A stretch of 64,000 bases of DNA from Chiloscyllium plagiosum (lineage: Eukaryota): the NCBI RefSeq assembly GCF_004010195.1, contig NC_057718.1, forward strand, positions 80,843,561 through 80,907,560. Direction: 5' to 3'. This document shows positions 13,060 to 25,773 of the stretch, piece by piece (the first letter of the stretch is position 1; every line of letters begins with the position of its first letter). Position numbers and translations under genes: made by a program. The notes under the pieces were generated by a model, which saw only the letters and a program-made list of their open reading frames with translations, did not search any database and was not told the origin of the DNA.

Positions 13060-14615
13060 AACATAGAACATAAAACATAGAACATTACAGCGCATTACAG
13101 GCCCTTTGGCCCTCGATGTTGTGCTGATCTGTGGAACCATTCTGAAGCCTATCTATCCTACGCTATTCCATTTTCATCCATATGTTTATCTCTGATGACC
13201 ATTTAAATGCCCTTAAAGGTCGCAAGTCTACTACTGTTGCAGGCAATGTATTCCACGCCCCTACTACTCTCTGAGTAAAGAAATTACCTCTAATATCTAT
13301 CCTATATCTATCACCGCTCAATTTAAAGCTATGTCCCCTCGTGTTAGCCATCACCATTTGAGGAAAATGGCTCTCACTGTCCACCCTATCTAATCCTCTG
13401 ATTATTTTATATGTCTCAATTAAGTCACCTCTCAACCTTTTTCTCTCTAATGAAAACAGCCTCAAGTCCATCATCAGCTTTTCCTCCTAAGACCTTCCAT
13501 CCATACCAGGCAACATCCTGGTAAATGTCCTCTGAACCTTTTCCAAAGCTTCCACATCCTTCCTATAATGTGGTGACCAGAACTGTACACAATACTTCAA
13601 GTGTGGCCACACCAGAATTTTGTACATTTGTAGCATGACCTTGTGGTTCAGAAACTCAATACCTCTACCAATAAAAGCTAACACACCGTATGCCTTCTTA
13701 ATAACCCAATCAACCTGTGTGGCAATTTTCAGGGATCTATGGACATGGACACCATGATCTCTCTGCTCATCTACACCACCAAGAATCCTACCATTAGCCC
13801 AGTACTCTTTATTCCTGTTGCTCCTTCAAAAGTGATTCACATCTCACTTTTCTGCATTAAACTCCATTTGCCACCTCAGCCCAGCTCTGCAGCTTATCTC
13901 TGCCTCTATATAACCTGCAACATCCTTCAGCACTATCCACAACTCCATCGACCATAGTTTCATCCACAAATTTACTAACCCATCCTTCAACACCCTCAAC
14001 TAAGTCATTTATAACAATAACAAACAACAGTGGCCCCAAAACAGATCCTTGAGGTGCACCACTCATAACTGAACTCCAGAATGAACATTTCACACCAACC
14101 ACCACTCTGTCTTCTTTCAAGCTAGCTAATTTCTGATCCAAACCGCTAAATCACCCTCAATCCCATGCCTCCATATTTTGTGCAATAGCCTACCACGGGG
14201 GAACCTTATCAGCCTTACTGAAATCCAAACACACCACATCAACTGCTTTACCCTCATCCACCTGTTTGGTCACCTTCTCAAAGAACTCAATAAGGTTGGT
14301 GAAGCACAACCTACTCTTCACAAAACCATATTGACTATCCCTAATCAACTTATTCCTCTCTAGATGATTATAAACCCTATATCTTACAACCTTTTCCAAC
14401 ACTTTACCCACAATTGAAGTTAGGCTCACTGGTCTATAATTAACAAGGTTGTCTCTACTTCCCTTCTTGAACAAGGGAACAACATTTGCTATCCTCCAGT
14501 CTTCTGGCAATATTCATGTAACAATGACAATATAAAAATCAAAGCCAAATCTCTTCCCTGGCTTCCCAGAGAATTCTAGGATAAATCCGATCCGGCCAAG
14601 GGGACCTATTTTCAC
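13060..14615 (-). mobile_element. CR1 LINE 3' half (subfamily B, TTCTATG-type tail)
   Basis: [55 protein letters not shown]; reversed tail acatagaacataaaacatagaaca. Confidence 0.93.
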
Positions 14616-14731
14616 CTTAGGAAGGGGGCTAACAGTTTTGATTTCATGTCCAGTGATCCATTCTAGAGCTGTATAGGATGTTGTAGTGGGAAAATGGTAA
14701 CATCACTGGATCCAGTCTAATGTGCTGGAGA

Positions 14732-14838
14732 TTTAGATTACATTACAGTGTGGAAACAGGCCCTTCGGCCCAACAAGTCCACACCAACCCGCCGAAGCGT
14801 AACCCACCCTTACCCCTACATTTACCCCTTCACCTAAC
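14732..14838 (-). mobile_element. V-SINE (HE1-like) 3' fragment
   Basis: Reverse complement of the SINE tail at 50796-50914 (ggtgtggacttgttgggccgaagggcctgtttccacactgtaa..taatcta). Confidence 0.85.
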
Positions 14839-15259
14839 TCAAATGATTATTTGAAGATGAATGTGGACAAAGTCTTTAAAGTAATTGTGCACAAAGATAT
14901 GATCATTTGGAACTTTTGTATCTGTCTCAACCAGTTTTAATTAAATAATTTTAATCACATGATATAAATAGAAAATTACATTTCACAGATTATATCAGGA
15001 TAAATACACTAGAACATTTTTTGCATTTCCTTTACCCTGGAAGCTACAATCGGAAGATAAAAAGTTCTCAGTATTGTAGTGAGTCAAGACAATAGGGAGG
15101 TCTATTTAAGTTTCCAGTTATGGTAATCTGAGAATGTTGAAGGAGGCAGATTCAATTATTGCAAGTCATTGAATATCAAGGAAAAGTTTTGGATTTTCTC
15201 TTTGTGGAAATTATATAGCATTTGCTAATGTAAATGTTACCATGTTTTATTCTTTTATG

Positions 15260-15478
15260 GGTTGTCAGCTTTCCTGGCAGTGACTGTGTCTATCATCCAT
15301 CCCTCATTCCCCTCAAATTAGTGGCTTGCTCGGCCATTTCAGAAGGCAGTTAAGGATCAACTGTGGGTCTGGATTCTGATTTAAATTTCACTAACTACCA
15401 TGATGGGATTTTCAACTCTTGTACACAAAGCATTATCCTGAGCTTCTGGATTACTATTCCAGTGAAATTACCACTGTC
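15260..15478 (-). mobile_element. Old SINE-like repeat, inverted copy of the 6600-6880 family
   Basis: ccatttcagaaggcagttaaggatcaactgtgggtctgga and cattatcctgagcttctggattact are reverse complements of motifs in 6630-6865. Confidence 0.5.
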
Positions 15479-16968
15479 TCACAACTTCATTTGCCACTTG
15501 CTATCCCAAGCCTGAATGGAATCCTGGTCTTGTTGCATCTGATCCTGAAATGTTTCAGGATCTGAGAAGTGGAACTGAGTACTGTGCAATCTTCTAACTT
15601 TACGATGAAGTGATAATAGGTGAGTGAGACCTGGCACATTTTTAAAATATAAGCAGCAATCATAGAAAATGGGTAATTGACAAGGCACAAGAGAACATTT
15701 ATGAAGTTACCTATAGGTTATTGCATTTTATTATAATTTGAGCATTTCCACACAGTGCAAGAATAACTAATCAAGGTAATCGTACCTCCATGCCATCATG
15801 AGATAGTTAGAAAATAATGTGCTAATTTCCACATTAGAATAGAATTACTATCTTTTTGTACTGAGAAAAAAACAAAACAGACAAGAAGAAAATATCCTGA
15901 AACTCAGTATAGACAGTGAGGCAGACAAAAGCCAGCAGAAATTACAAATATCACACATCTATATCAACTATTCAAAACAGCAATCTCAGGGAAATGACAA
16001 CAGAAATGTTGCATTTTCATACTTTCTAAAATTCATGTGTATCATTTTAATTTTCAAATCAGACTCCTGCCTGAAGCTTAGATCTCTTCTGCAGTTTTAG
16101 AAGAATGTTTGCAGATGTCTCTGAAGCTGTCACTTTCTCCAGCACAGACAATAATGACATGAAATTCTCACAAATGTTAGTAAACAGCAGGTCAGTAGAC
16201 TTCATTGCTATTTCCGCCATCTGCTGCACATGTTGGTGGAGGCAATGAAAAACCACCATATAGATTTAATGTTCTGCTAGTGGTATTCATTTCATGGCAG
16301 GACCCCTGAGATCATCATCTGCATGTTATGTATAATCTGCTCATCTTCAACAGGCTCCACTACCACACCTGCTTCTTTTGGTATCTTCATATGTATATCT
16401 CATCCATTGTCAATTTCTCATCATCCTGGGTTTGACTCTATTTAGTCTAGTTTGGATTTGAAAGATTTCAATTGTTTTCTATAATGTTCAGTTTTTAGAA
16501 CCAATAAACTAACTCTTTGGGGACGTTAATCTTTACTAAATTTCCCTTATTTTCTTGCTTTTTGTGATATTGTTCTCTCCCAGGAACTTTCACCATCTTT
16601 GAACATTTGTGGGTTTTTCTAAAACAGAATGTTTCTCTTTGTCTCATTGAGATGATATATTTTCATCACCAGTTCTTTGGAAAATCTTAGTTTTCCATCT
16701 TATTGTATTTTCAGTTTCATTTCTCACATACATCAGACCCCAATGTAACTTATCATTTGTTTTTACAAATGTTGACTAAAAAGCATGGTATTTCCAAAAT
16801 GTTTTCTCTGTTGCAGATTTCTAGTTTGAGCAATATTTTTCTTACATTCCAACAGTTTCTGATGTAACTTTCAATTTACAAGTTACGATCCAATTGCCTT
16901 ATGACCTCTCAGTGCAGGAATTGCAAGTGTTTGTAATGTCCACTGTTAACCAGATGTTAACAGCTGTT

Positions 16969-17061
16969 AGTAGGAGTTATAGAGTGTAATCAGTGTCAGG
17001 ACATGAAAGTGGTAGTTACAGAGTGTAATTGAATGTAAGGAGTTGTCAGTGGTAGTTACAG
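16969..17061. repeat. Degenerate tandem repeat, period about 39-40 bp, about 2.3 units
   Basis: An agtggtagttacagagtgtaat-like unit starts at 16969, 17008 and 17048. Confidence 0.6.
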
Positions 17062-17129
17062 GAGATAGCTGATGCAAGGAGATATCTAAATCCCTTGGCA
17101 TCCACTTTATATTATGCTTATAAATTATA

Positions 17130-17174
17130 TCTCGCTTCTGATCCCTAGCATCTGCAGTCCTCACTTTCTCCTTT
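17130..17174 (+). mobile_element. 45-bp Penelope-like tail insert with perfect 13-bp TSD
   Basis: tctgatccctagcatctgcagtcctcactttctcc flanked by cttataaattata at 17117-17129 and 17175-17187. Confidence 0.6.
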
Positions 17175-17754
17175 CTTATAAATTATAGACTGACATATTA
17201 TTAACACACTTAGATATATTACTTTCATCCAAGTCATTAATATCAATTGTAAATAGCTAAGACTATTGCACTAATCATTGTAGCACCGCACCATTAGCAG
17301 CCTGCCAACCTCGAAAATGTTGTTATGTCAATGTGTGGAATCTTATAGGGAAAAGGTGAGAAATGTGGCCGAATCACTTCAGAAGTTTATCAAAACCTAT
17401 TTTGTTGTTGAGGGTAATACATGGCATCTTTTAACTAAGTGTCAGGTATCAAAGTGAGAGTTTCACTCGGAAACAGCAAGTTGCCTATTAAGGAGGTTTA
17501 TTACTTGTTAATAACCTGATCAGCAAATCATCTCATCTCATTAATATGCAGCTTTCTATTTTACCATCTGTCATTAGCAAATTAGACACTGAGAATTCTC
17601 AACATGGAAGTCAGAGCTGGTACCTGACAACTTCATTTTCATTCTGCTTATGAAGAGTTGGTCACCGCAACATCTCATAGCATGATCCATAGACACCAGC
17701 TCCTAGTAATCTTTGTCCACAGACATTAGCATTTGATAATTGCCAACTCCTCAA

Positions 17755-18120
17755 GACCTCATAGAGGTTTATAAAATTATGAGGGGCATGGATGGGGTAA
17801 ATAGACAAGGTCGTTTTCCTGGGATGGGTTGTTCTAGAACTATAGGGCATAGATTTAGGGTGAAAGGGGAAAGATTTAAAAGGGACCTAAAGGGCAACTT
17901 TTTCACGCAGAGGATGGTGCATGTATAAAATGAGCTGCCAGAGGAAGTGGTGGAGGCTGGTACAATTGAAACATTTAAAAGGCATGTGGGTGGGTATAGG
18001 AAGGGTTTAGAGGGATATGGGCCAGGTGCTGGCAAATGGGACTAGATTAGTTTACAATATCTGGTCATCATGGACGATTTGGACTAAAGGATCAGTTTCT
18101 GTGCTGTATATCTCTATGAC
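17755..18120 (+). mobile_element. CR1 LINE 3' fragment (subfamily A)
   Basis: DLIEVYKIMRGMD...GNFFTQRMVHV; CR1 tail ending tctctatgac. Confidence 0.92.
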
Positions 18121-18699
18121 CCTCATGGCACCTCTCCCATTCCCTTGAAGGATGGTTAGAAAGTCAAGACCTGCAGTTCGGGGCACACCAGCAACTACCA
18201 TTAATAGACTGCTACAAGGACACCTTACATGCAGGGTTCTGTACCCAGCTCATAGCTTAGACCAGGCTGCATCTCAGGGTTGTTCACTTGCTCTCTTAGC
18301 ACTCACTCACTTAAACCTACCAGAGTGCTCTCAGCATTCCTGCCTAGCCTTGCTTTGTTGCGCCAATTAGCACAATCACATAATCACACAGTTTGCCTTG
18401 CTAATAACAGTTCCCAGTCTTGGTAGCACATATCTGCACAGCAGTATGCTATGTCAATTTGACACCTGCACCATATACAACAGCCTTTGAGCATGTGCAG
18501 CAAGTAAGTTTCAAAACCTTAGGGAAGTAGTCTCACCGAAGTCTACAAATGCACCCATCAGTCAGGGTTCTGAGTCAAAATGCTCAATGGGGTGTGCCCT
18601 GCTCAGTCCATCGGTTTTGTCCAAAGGAAAGAGGCAACAAGGGGATAGAGGGTGACTGGGCCTCCGTCATTACGAGGAAACTTGGGGATCTATTTATGA

Positions 18700-20465
18700 G
18701 GATTAAGGGTTACAGGTTGGGGTGACGACAGATAACAATTGTGAAGGGGCAACTGTATTTGTAAAAACCAGAAGAGGATTACTGAAAAAGCAGTAAAGAA
18801 GGAGAAGATGAAGTATGACAATAAGTGAGCTAGTAATATCTATGAGGAGTGGACATTGAGCCACTGGAAAGTAAGGTTGGAGAAGTTGTAATTGGGAGCC
18901 AAGAAATGGTCGAGGAACTGAAAACATACTTTGCGTCAATCTTCATGGTGGAAGACACAAGCAGAAAAACAGAACTTCAAGACAGTCAGAGAACAGAGCT
19001 GAGTATAGAGACTAACACGAAAGAGAAGTTGCCAGGGAATCTGAAACATCTGGATAAATCACCCAGTCCATATGGATTACACCCCAAAGCTCTGAAGGAG
19101 ATAGCTGAGGAGATTGTAGAGGCATTGGTGGTGATCTTTCATGAATCACTGGAATCTGGAAAGGTTCTAGAAGACTGAAAAATGACCATTGTAACATCCC
19201 TGTTTATGAAGGGAGGGAGGCAGAAGACAAGAAACTATAGACCAGTTAGCCTGACCTCATCATTGGGAAGAATTTGGAGTCTAATATTAAGGATGAGATT
19301 GTGGAGAATTTGGAAGTACATGGTAAAATAGGGCTGAATCAATACACCTTTGGCAAGGGCATGTCATACCTGACAATCTGTTAGAATTATTTGAGGAGAT
19401 TAAAAGCAAGTTAGACAAAGGAGAGTAGTGAACGTGGTCTATTTGAATTTCTAGGGGGCCTTTGACATAGTGCCTCGTAGGAGGCTACTCAACAAAATAA
19501 GAGCCCATGGCAAGATACTGGCATGGACAGAGGATTGGCTGACCGGCAAAAGGCAGAAAGTTGGGATAAAGAGATCTTTTTCAGGATGGCAGCCTGTGAC
19601 TGTTGGACTTCCACAGGGGTCGGTGTTGGAACCACAACTGTTTAAGTTGTACATTAATGATCAAAATGAAGGAGCTGAGGGCATTGCTGGAAGTTATAGA
19701 TGATACAAAGATGGATGGAGAGAACAGGAGGTATTGCAGAAGAGGTGTGATGACAGAAAGACTTGAACAGCTAGGAGAATTGGCAAGAAAGTGGCAGATG
19801 GAAAAGTGTGGGAAAGTGGGAGGTACTTTAGTCAGAAGAATCGAAGCTCAGACTACCTTTTACATAGGAAAGGTTTCAGAAATCATAGTTCAAGATTCTT
19901 TTAAAGTTAACATGTAAGTTCGGTTGGTAGTTAGGAAGGCAAATGCAATGTTACCATTCATTTCAACAGGACTAGAATAAGGCTCTGGTCAGACTGCATT
20001 TGGAATATTGTAAGCAGTTTTGTGCCCTGTATCTAAGGAAGCCTTGGACAGGTTCCAGAGGACGTTGACAAGAAGGCTGAGAGGCAAACTCATTGAAACC
20101 TACAGAATACTGAGAGGCCTGGATAAAGTGGATATGGAGAATATCTTTCTGTTAGTAGGAGGACTCTAGGACCCACGGGCACAGCCTCTGAGTGATGTGA
20201 TGACCCTTTAGAACTGAGATGAGGAGGAATTTGTTCAGCCAGAGGGTGCTAAATCTGCAGAACTCATTGTCACAGAATGTTGTGAAGGCCAAGTCTTTGA
20301 GAGTATTTAAGAAAGAGATAGACAGGTTCTTGATTTGGAAGGGGATCAAGGAGAGATAGTAGGAGAATGGGGTTGAGAAACAAATCAGCCAGAATTGAAT
20401 GGTGGAGCAGACTGAATGGGCTGAATGGCCTAATTCAGCTCCTATATCTCATGGTGTATGGTCTT
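18700..20465 (+). mobile_element. Older CR1 LINE (distinct subfamily), ORF2 3' part
   Basis: DKSPSPYGLHPKALKEIAEEIVEALVVIFHESLESG, GLPQGSVLEPQLF.LYIND; tail gaatgggctgaatggcctaattcagctcctatatctcatgg. Confidence 0.88.
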
Positions 20466-21511
20466 AATAATCATGGATTAATTGCAGTACTCCAAAATGT
20501 TGCAATTTATACTAAGTTTTGTTTTGTCTCCGAAGAAATATTTAAAAAGATTATTGATTCTAATAAAAATTCTTTAAGCACTGAAGAATTTAGTTGAAGA
20601 ATGGAAATTATTTTGCCAAAATTCCCCAATGCAGCAAATATCAAATATGAAACAGCTAGGGTGAACATACCTCTTCCAGTAGTTATGCTTCTTGAGCGAT
20701 TTCATTGTAAATTTGTGAAATAACAGCTTTATTAAAAATAAATTGTGTATGAATTTATATCATTATTATTTTGTACTCATTTGAACTCATTTATGTGAGT
20801 AATCTCTCAGGTTGTGCATTATTTTGTATCTCTCCATGTCAACCTTCCTTCAAACTCAAACTGACACCAGAGTTTAATTTGTAATTTTCAGCTGGGAACC
20901 AAAATGTCATGTTCAGCATTCAGAGCAAATCTTGGAACTAGTTATGTAGTATTTTTAAGATTCACTGGAAAGTTTATAAAAAAGTAGGTCATTTCTTGTA
21001 CTGCTACATACAGAGAGAAACAAGAATTTATTCTCTTCCTGTAACTGCTCTTCTACTTTCCACTTCGACCAGTCGTAGTGCTGTGCTGGTCAAAAAAACA
21101 GGATATAAATGTAATGTGTACAAGTGTACTTTTGATTTGGGTGTTTTGTATTGTAACATCTGGAAACTGTAGACCTAATACAGGATCATGTTTATAGAAG
21201 AGATCGTGCTAAAGGATTGAAACTCAGGAATGCAAGTCTGTCACCCCAAAGACAGGATAGAACAATGTAGGACAAAAACTGGACAAAAAGTTAGGCTTTC
21301 CCTTATTGGTATAAGACCTATCGATTACATTTCTTCTATTTAGTGCACTATTTAGTTTATTTAATATTATTTAGTTTATTTTATATTAAATAAACGCAGA
21401 CATGAAAGTCTGGCCCTGACTGTAACATCAGGAAATTATTGAAAAGAATATTGACAAGGAGCAAGAATACAAAGCTAAAAATTGACAGAATACATCAAAT
21501 GGAGAATTATG

Positions 21512-21659
21512 CTGAAAAATGTGTTGCTGGAAAAGCGCAGCAGGTCAGGCAGCATCCAAGGAGCAGGAGAATCGACATTTCGGGCATAAGCCCTTCTTCA
21601 GGATTCCAGCAACACATTTTCAGCTCTGATCTCCAGCATCTGCAGTCCTCACTTTTTTC
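21512..21659 (-). mobile_element. Short Penelope-like insert with inverted arms, hammerhead-like core and 16-bp TSD
   Basis: Inverted arms 21511-21532 and 21604-21624; TSD caaatggagaattatg (21496-21511) and caaatggggaattatg (21660-21675). Confidence 0.65.
21569..21606 (-). ncRNA. Putative minimal hammerhead ribozyme motif
   Basis: Minus strand reads GAAUC-CUGAAGA-A-GGGC-UUAU-GCCC-GAAA-UG-UC-GAUUC: stem I (GAAUC/GAUUC), conserved core, stem II, near-absent stem III and a GUC cleavage triplet. Activity is untested. Confidence 0.45.
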
Positions 21660-21842
21660 CAAATGGGGAATTATGACAATATTTCATAATAAAGCACATA
21701 ACAACTGTGCCATTGTTCACAAAAATTAATAGAAGACTTTTTACACATTTCTGTTTTGTAATCATTTACAGAAATTTAGGAATAGAAATCAACGACTTAG
21801 CCACTCAAGCCTACTGAACCACTAAGTAAGATCATGACTGAA

Positions 21843-22402
21843 AGTCACAGAGTCATAGAAAAGTACAGCACAGAAACAAATCCTTCGGTCCAATTTGTCC
21901 ATGCTGAACAGATACCCTCAATTAATCTAGTCCCATTTGCCAGCATTTGGCTCATACCTCTGTAAACCCTTCCTATTCATTTCCATACAGAAATCTTTTA
22001 AATGCTGTAATTGTAACAGCGTCCACCACTTCCTCTGGCTGCTCATTCCATACATGCATCACCATCTGCGTGAAAAAGTCACTCCATAGATCCCTTTTAA
22101 ATCTTTCCCCTCTCACCTTAAACCTTAGCTGTCTAGTTTTGGACTCCCCTGCCATGGGGAAAGGACATTGACTATCCACCCTATCCATGCTCCTCATGAT
22201 TTTATAAGCCTCTCTAAGGCCTCAGCCTCTGACACTCTGGGGAAAATTGCCCCAGCCTATTCAGCCTCTCTCTACAGCTCAAATCTTCCAATCCTGGAAG
22301 CATCCTTGTAAATCTTTTCTGAACCCTTTCAAGTTTACTGACATCTTTCCTACAGCAGGGAGGCAAGAATTGAATGCAGTATTCCAAAAGTAAACTAACC
22401 AA
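21843..22402 (-). mobile_element. CR1 LINE 3' fragment (subfamily A)
   Basis: LLEYCIQF..RKDVSKLERVQKRFTRMLPGLEDLS; reversed tail agtcacagagtcataga. Confidence 0.92.
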
Positions 22403-22424
22403 ATATGTTGAGGAGAACTTCTTA

Positions 22425-22643
22425 CAGTCGGTTCTGCTATAATGCTTGTTTTTTCAACACAAAGTGGCTATAATGCAATTGAAGAATTTAAGCCATGATT
22501 TATAGAATGTGAACTTTCCTTACCTGTATTGGCTATAACATGGTTCCAATCCCATTAGTTTAAATGGCACCGCTATTACATGATTTTCTTATAATGCAGG
22601 ACTGTATGGGAACCAAACTATTGCGTTTTATCAAAACCGAATG
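22425..22643. mobile_element. Tc1/mariner-pogo-type MITE (219 bp)
   Basis: TA at 22423-24 and 22644-45; imperfect TIRs cagtcggttctgctataatgc vs reverse complement cattcggttttgataaaacgc (16/21); interrupts a CR1 reading frame. Confidence 0.7.
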
Positions 22644-23283
22644 TATATCAACATGTAGAAGGTCCAACAACAGAAGCTGCAGTGCTGGACCTAATTCTGG
22701 GGAGCAATACCAACAAGTGTTCAAAGTGACAATCTGAGAGCATTTTAATGATAGTGATCACAACATTGCAAAATTTTTACATTTTAAGGTTTCTATGGTA
22801 AAGGAAAAAAGATGGTCTGCAATACAGCGGTTTGGATTGGGGGAAGGCTGATTTTATTAAAATAAGACAGGATCTGGCCAAAGTAGAACTGGCAACAGCT
22901 ATTTGCGGTAAATCTACGCAGAACAGTGGGATACATTCACATGGAAGTGCAGGCCTATCACATTGCTTTTAGGGTGAAATGTAAGGACAAAAAGCCCAAA
23001 GGTCGAAAGGGAATAAATGAACGGAGTATAGAAAGTGTGGGGGCTAAACAATTAGGAGAGCAAAGAGGGGACTTGAAGAGACATTGAAGGGTAAGATTTA
23101 GGAAGAATCTCAAGATATTGTATAAGTATATCAAGGAAAAAGAGTAGGGACCAAGGTTGCAATCTGTGTGTGGAGACAGAGAATATTGGTCAGAGTGTAA
23201 ATGAGTCCTCCACATCTGTCTTTACTTTGGAGGAGGAGGGCTATAGGTACAGAATTCAGAAGACGGATTGTGAGCATGCTTGA

Positions 23284-23611
23284 GGGGTGGCACGGTGGCT
23301 CAGTGGTTAGCACTGCTGCCTCACAGCACCAGGGTCCCAGGTTCGATTCCAGCCTCTGGCAACTGTCTGTGTGGAGTTTGCACATTCTCTGCATCTCTGT
23401 CTGCGTGGGTTTCCTCTGGGTGCTCCGGTTTCCTCCCACAGTCCAAAGATGTGCAGGTCAGGTGAATTGGCCATGCTAAATTGCTCATAGTGTTAGGTGC
23501 ATTCGTCAGAGGGAAATGGGTCTGGGTTGATTACTCTTCGGAGGGTCGGTGTGGATTTGTTGAGCCAAAGGGCCTCTTTCCACACGATAGGGAACCTAAT
23601 CTAATCTAATC
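23284..23611 (+). mobile_element. Full-length tRNA-derived V-SINE (HE1-like)
   Basis: Pol III A box tggctcagtgg, B box ggttcgattcc, V-domain tgtgtggagtttgcacattctc..gggtttcctc..gctccggtttcctcccacagtccaaagatgtgc, CR1-like 3' end and (CTAAT)n tail. Confidence 0.9.
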
Positions 23612-25476
23612 AGTTTGGCATGGGGAGTGAGGAACTTTGGAAATTTTAATGGGCTTAAAACAGATACCCAGATCCAGATAGTCATAGAGATATACAGCAT
23701 GGAGTCAGACCCTTCGGTCCATCTCATCCATGCCAACCAGATTTCTAATCTAGTCCCATTTGCCAGTACTTGGCCCATATCCCTCTAAACCCTTCCTATT
23801 CATATACCCAACCAGATGCCTTTTAAATGTTGAATTGTACCAGCCTATACCACTTCCTCTGGCAGCTCATTCCATACATGCACCACCCTCTGTGTGAAAA
23901 CGTTGTCCCTTAGGTCTCTTTTACATCTTATCCTAAACCTATGCCCTCTAGTTCTGGACTCCCCCACCCCAGGGAGAAGAGTTTGCCTATTTATCCTACC
24001 CATGCCCCTCATGATTTTATAAACCTCTTTGAGGTCACCCCTCAGCCTTCAATGCTCCAGGGAAAACAGCTCCAGCCTATTCAGTCTCTCCCTATAGCTC
24101 AAATCCTCCAACCCTGGCAACATCTTTGTAAATCTTTTCTGAACCCTTTCAAGTTTCACAACATCCTCCCTGGTGCCAGGGTCCAGGACGTCTCCGATTG
24201 GGTGTATAAGATTCTGAAAGGGGAGGGCGAACAGCCAGAAATCATATTACATATTGGCACCAATGATATAGCCAGGAAAAGGATTGAGGATATAAAAAGT
24301 GATTTCAGGGAGTTAGGGTGGAAGCTGCAGAACAGGACAAACAGAGTAGTGTTCTTGGGTTTACTACCGGCTCCAGGAGATAGCAAGGCGAGGAACAGGG
24401 AGCGGGTGCAGCTTAACACATGGCTGCGCAGCTGGTGTAGGAGGGAGGGCTTCAGATATGTAGATAATTGGGATGCCTTATGGGGAAGATGGGACCTGTA
24501 CATGAAGGACGGGTTGCACCTGAACTGGAAAGGGACCAATGTCCTGGGTGGAAGGTTTGCTCGAGTTGTTCAGGAGGGTTTAAATTAGTATGGCAAGGGG
24601 GGGGTTGGAACCTGAACTATATACCGGTGGTGAGAGTTGATGGAGATGGGGCAATAGCAAGAGGTAGCGCAGCCAGTGGGAAGGAACTTCCTGGGAAAGA
24701 ATCAAGGGATCGTTTAAAGTGTGTTTGCTTTAATGCAAGGAGTATCAGGAATAAAAGTGATGAGTTTAGAGCATGGATCAGTACCTGGTGTTATGATGTT
24801 GTGGCCATAACAGAGACGTGGGTTTCTCAGGGGCAGGAATGGTTGCTGGATGTTCCAGGGTTTAGAACATTTAAAAAGAATAGGGAGGGGGGAAAAGAGG
24901 AGGGGGTGTAGCACTGCTAATCAGAGAGAGCATCACAGCTACATAAGTTACCATTGTCGAGGAGGGTCTGCCTACTGAGTCAGTATGGGTGGAAATTAGG
25001 AACAGTGAGGGAGCAGTCATCTCATTAGGGGTTTACTACAGGCCCCCCAGTAGCAGCAGGGAGATTGAAGAAAGCATAGGTCGGCAGATTTTGGAAAAGT
25101 GTGAATGCAGTAGGATTGTTGTAATGGGTGAGTTTAACTTTCCCAATATTGATTGGAACCTCCTTCGAGCAGATGGTTTGGAAGGAGCTGTTTTTGTAAG
25201 GTGTGTTCAGGAGGGTTTCCTAACTCAGTACGTTGACAGGCGGATGAGGGGAGAGGCCATTTTGGATTTGGTGCTCGGCAATGAGCCGGGGCAGGTGTCA
25301 GATCTTGCGGTGGGAGAGCATTTTGGTGATAGTGACTTCAACTGCCTCACATTCTACATAGCTATGGAGAAGGAGAGAAGAGGCACAATGGGAGGATATT
25401 TAATTGGGGAAAAGGAAAGTATGATAATATCAGACGTGAGTTGGGAAGCATGGACTGGGAGCAATTGTTCCATGGA

Positions 25477-25773
25477 NNNNNNNNNNNNNNNNNNNNNNNN
25501 NNNNNNNNNNNNNNNNNNNNNNNNNNNNNNNNNNNNNNNNNNNNNNNNNNNNNNNNNNNNNNNNNNNNNNNNNNNNNNNNNNNNNNNNNNNNNNNNNNNN
25601 NNNNNNNNNNNNNNNNNNNNNNNNNNNNNNNNNNNNNNNNNNNNNNNNNNNNNNNNNNNNNNNNNNNNNNNNNNNNNNNNNNNNNNNNNNNNNNNNNNNN
25701 NNNNNNNNNNNNNNNNNNNNNNNNNNNNNNNNNNNNNNNNNNNNNNNNNNNNNNNNNNNNNNNNNNNNNNNNN
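25477..25773. other. Assembly gap (297 N) inside CR1 ORF2
   Basis: Run of N; both flanks are collinear CR1 ORF2 sequence. Confidence 0.99.

Larger units (their letters stand above)
22405..23679 (+). mobile_element. Old CR1 LINE, left segment (host of nested insertions; resumes at about 31799)
   Basis: With the MITE removed it reads EENFL.QHVEGPTTEAAVLDLILG (CR1 endonuclease end); ends at cccagatccagat, which joins to gatgaattgtatcccagaatgctgtggg at 31800. Confidence 0.7.

Noticed and set aside
15541..15562. 10-bp-arm palindrome gatcctgaaa-tg-tttcaggatc
   Set aside because: Isolated, with no supporting context; compatible with chance or a local template switch.
16059..16259. Possible exon after the acceptor-like ttttcaaatcag, and a 66-aa minus-strand ORF
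   Set aside because: All three plus-strand frames hit stops within about 40 nt; the minus ORF has no recognisable homology.
23284..23360. tRNA-like sequence with A and B boxes (also at 34079, 34212, 50600 and 55214)
   Set aside because: SINE heads continuing into the V-domain; not tRNA genes.
23941..24588. 215-aa ORF that looks like a standalone SGNH esterase gene
   Set aside because: Chimeric: the N-terminal part is antisense CR1 3' sequence and the rest is ORF1 of a nested CR1.
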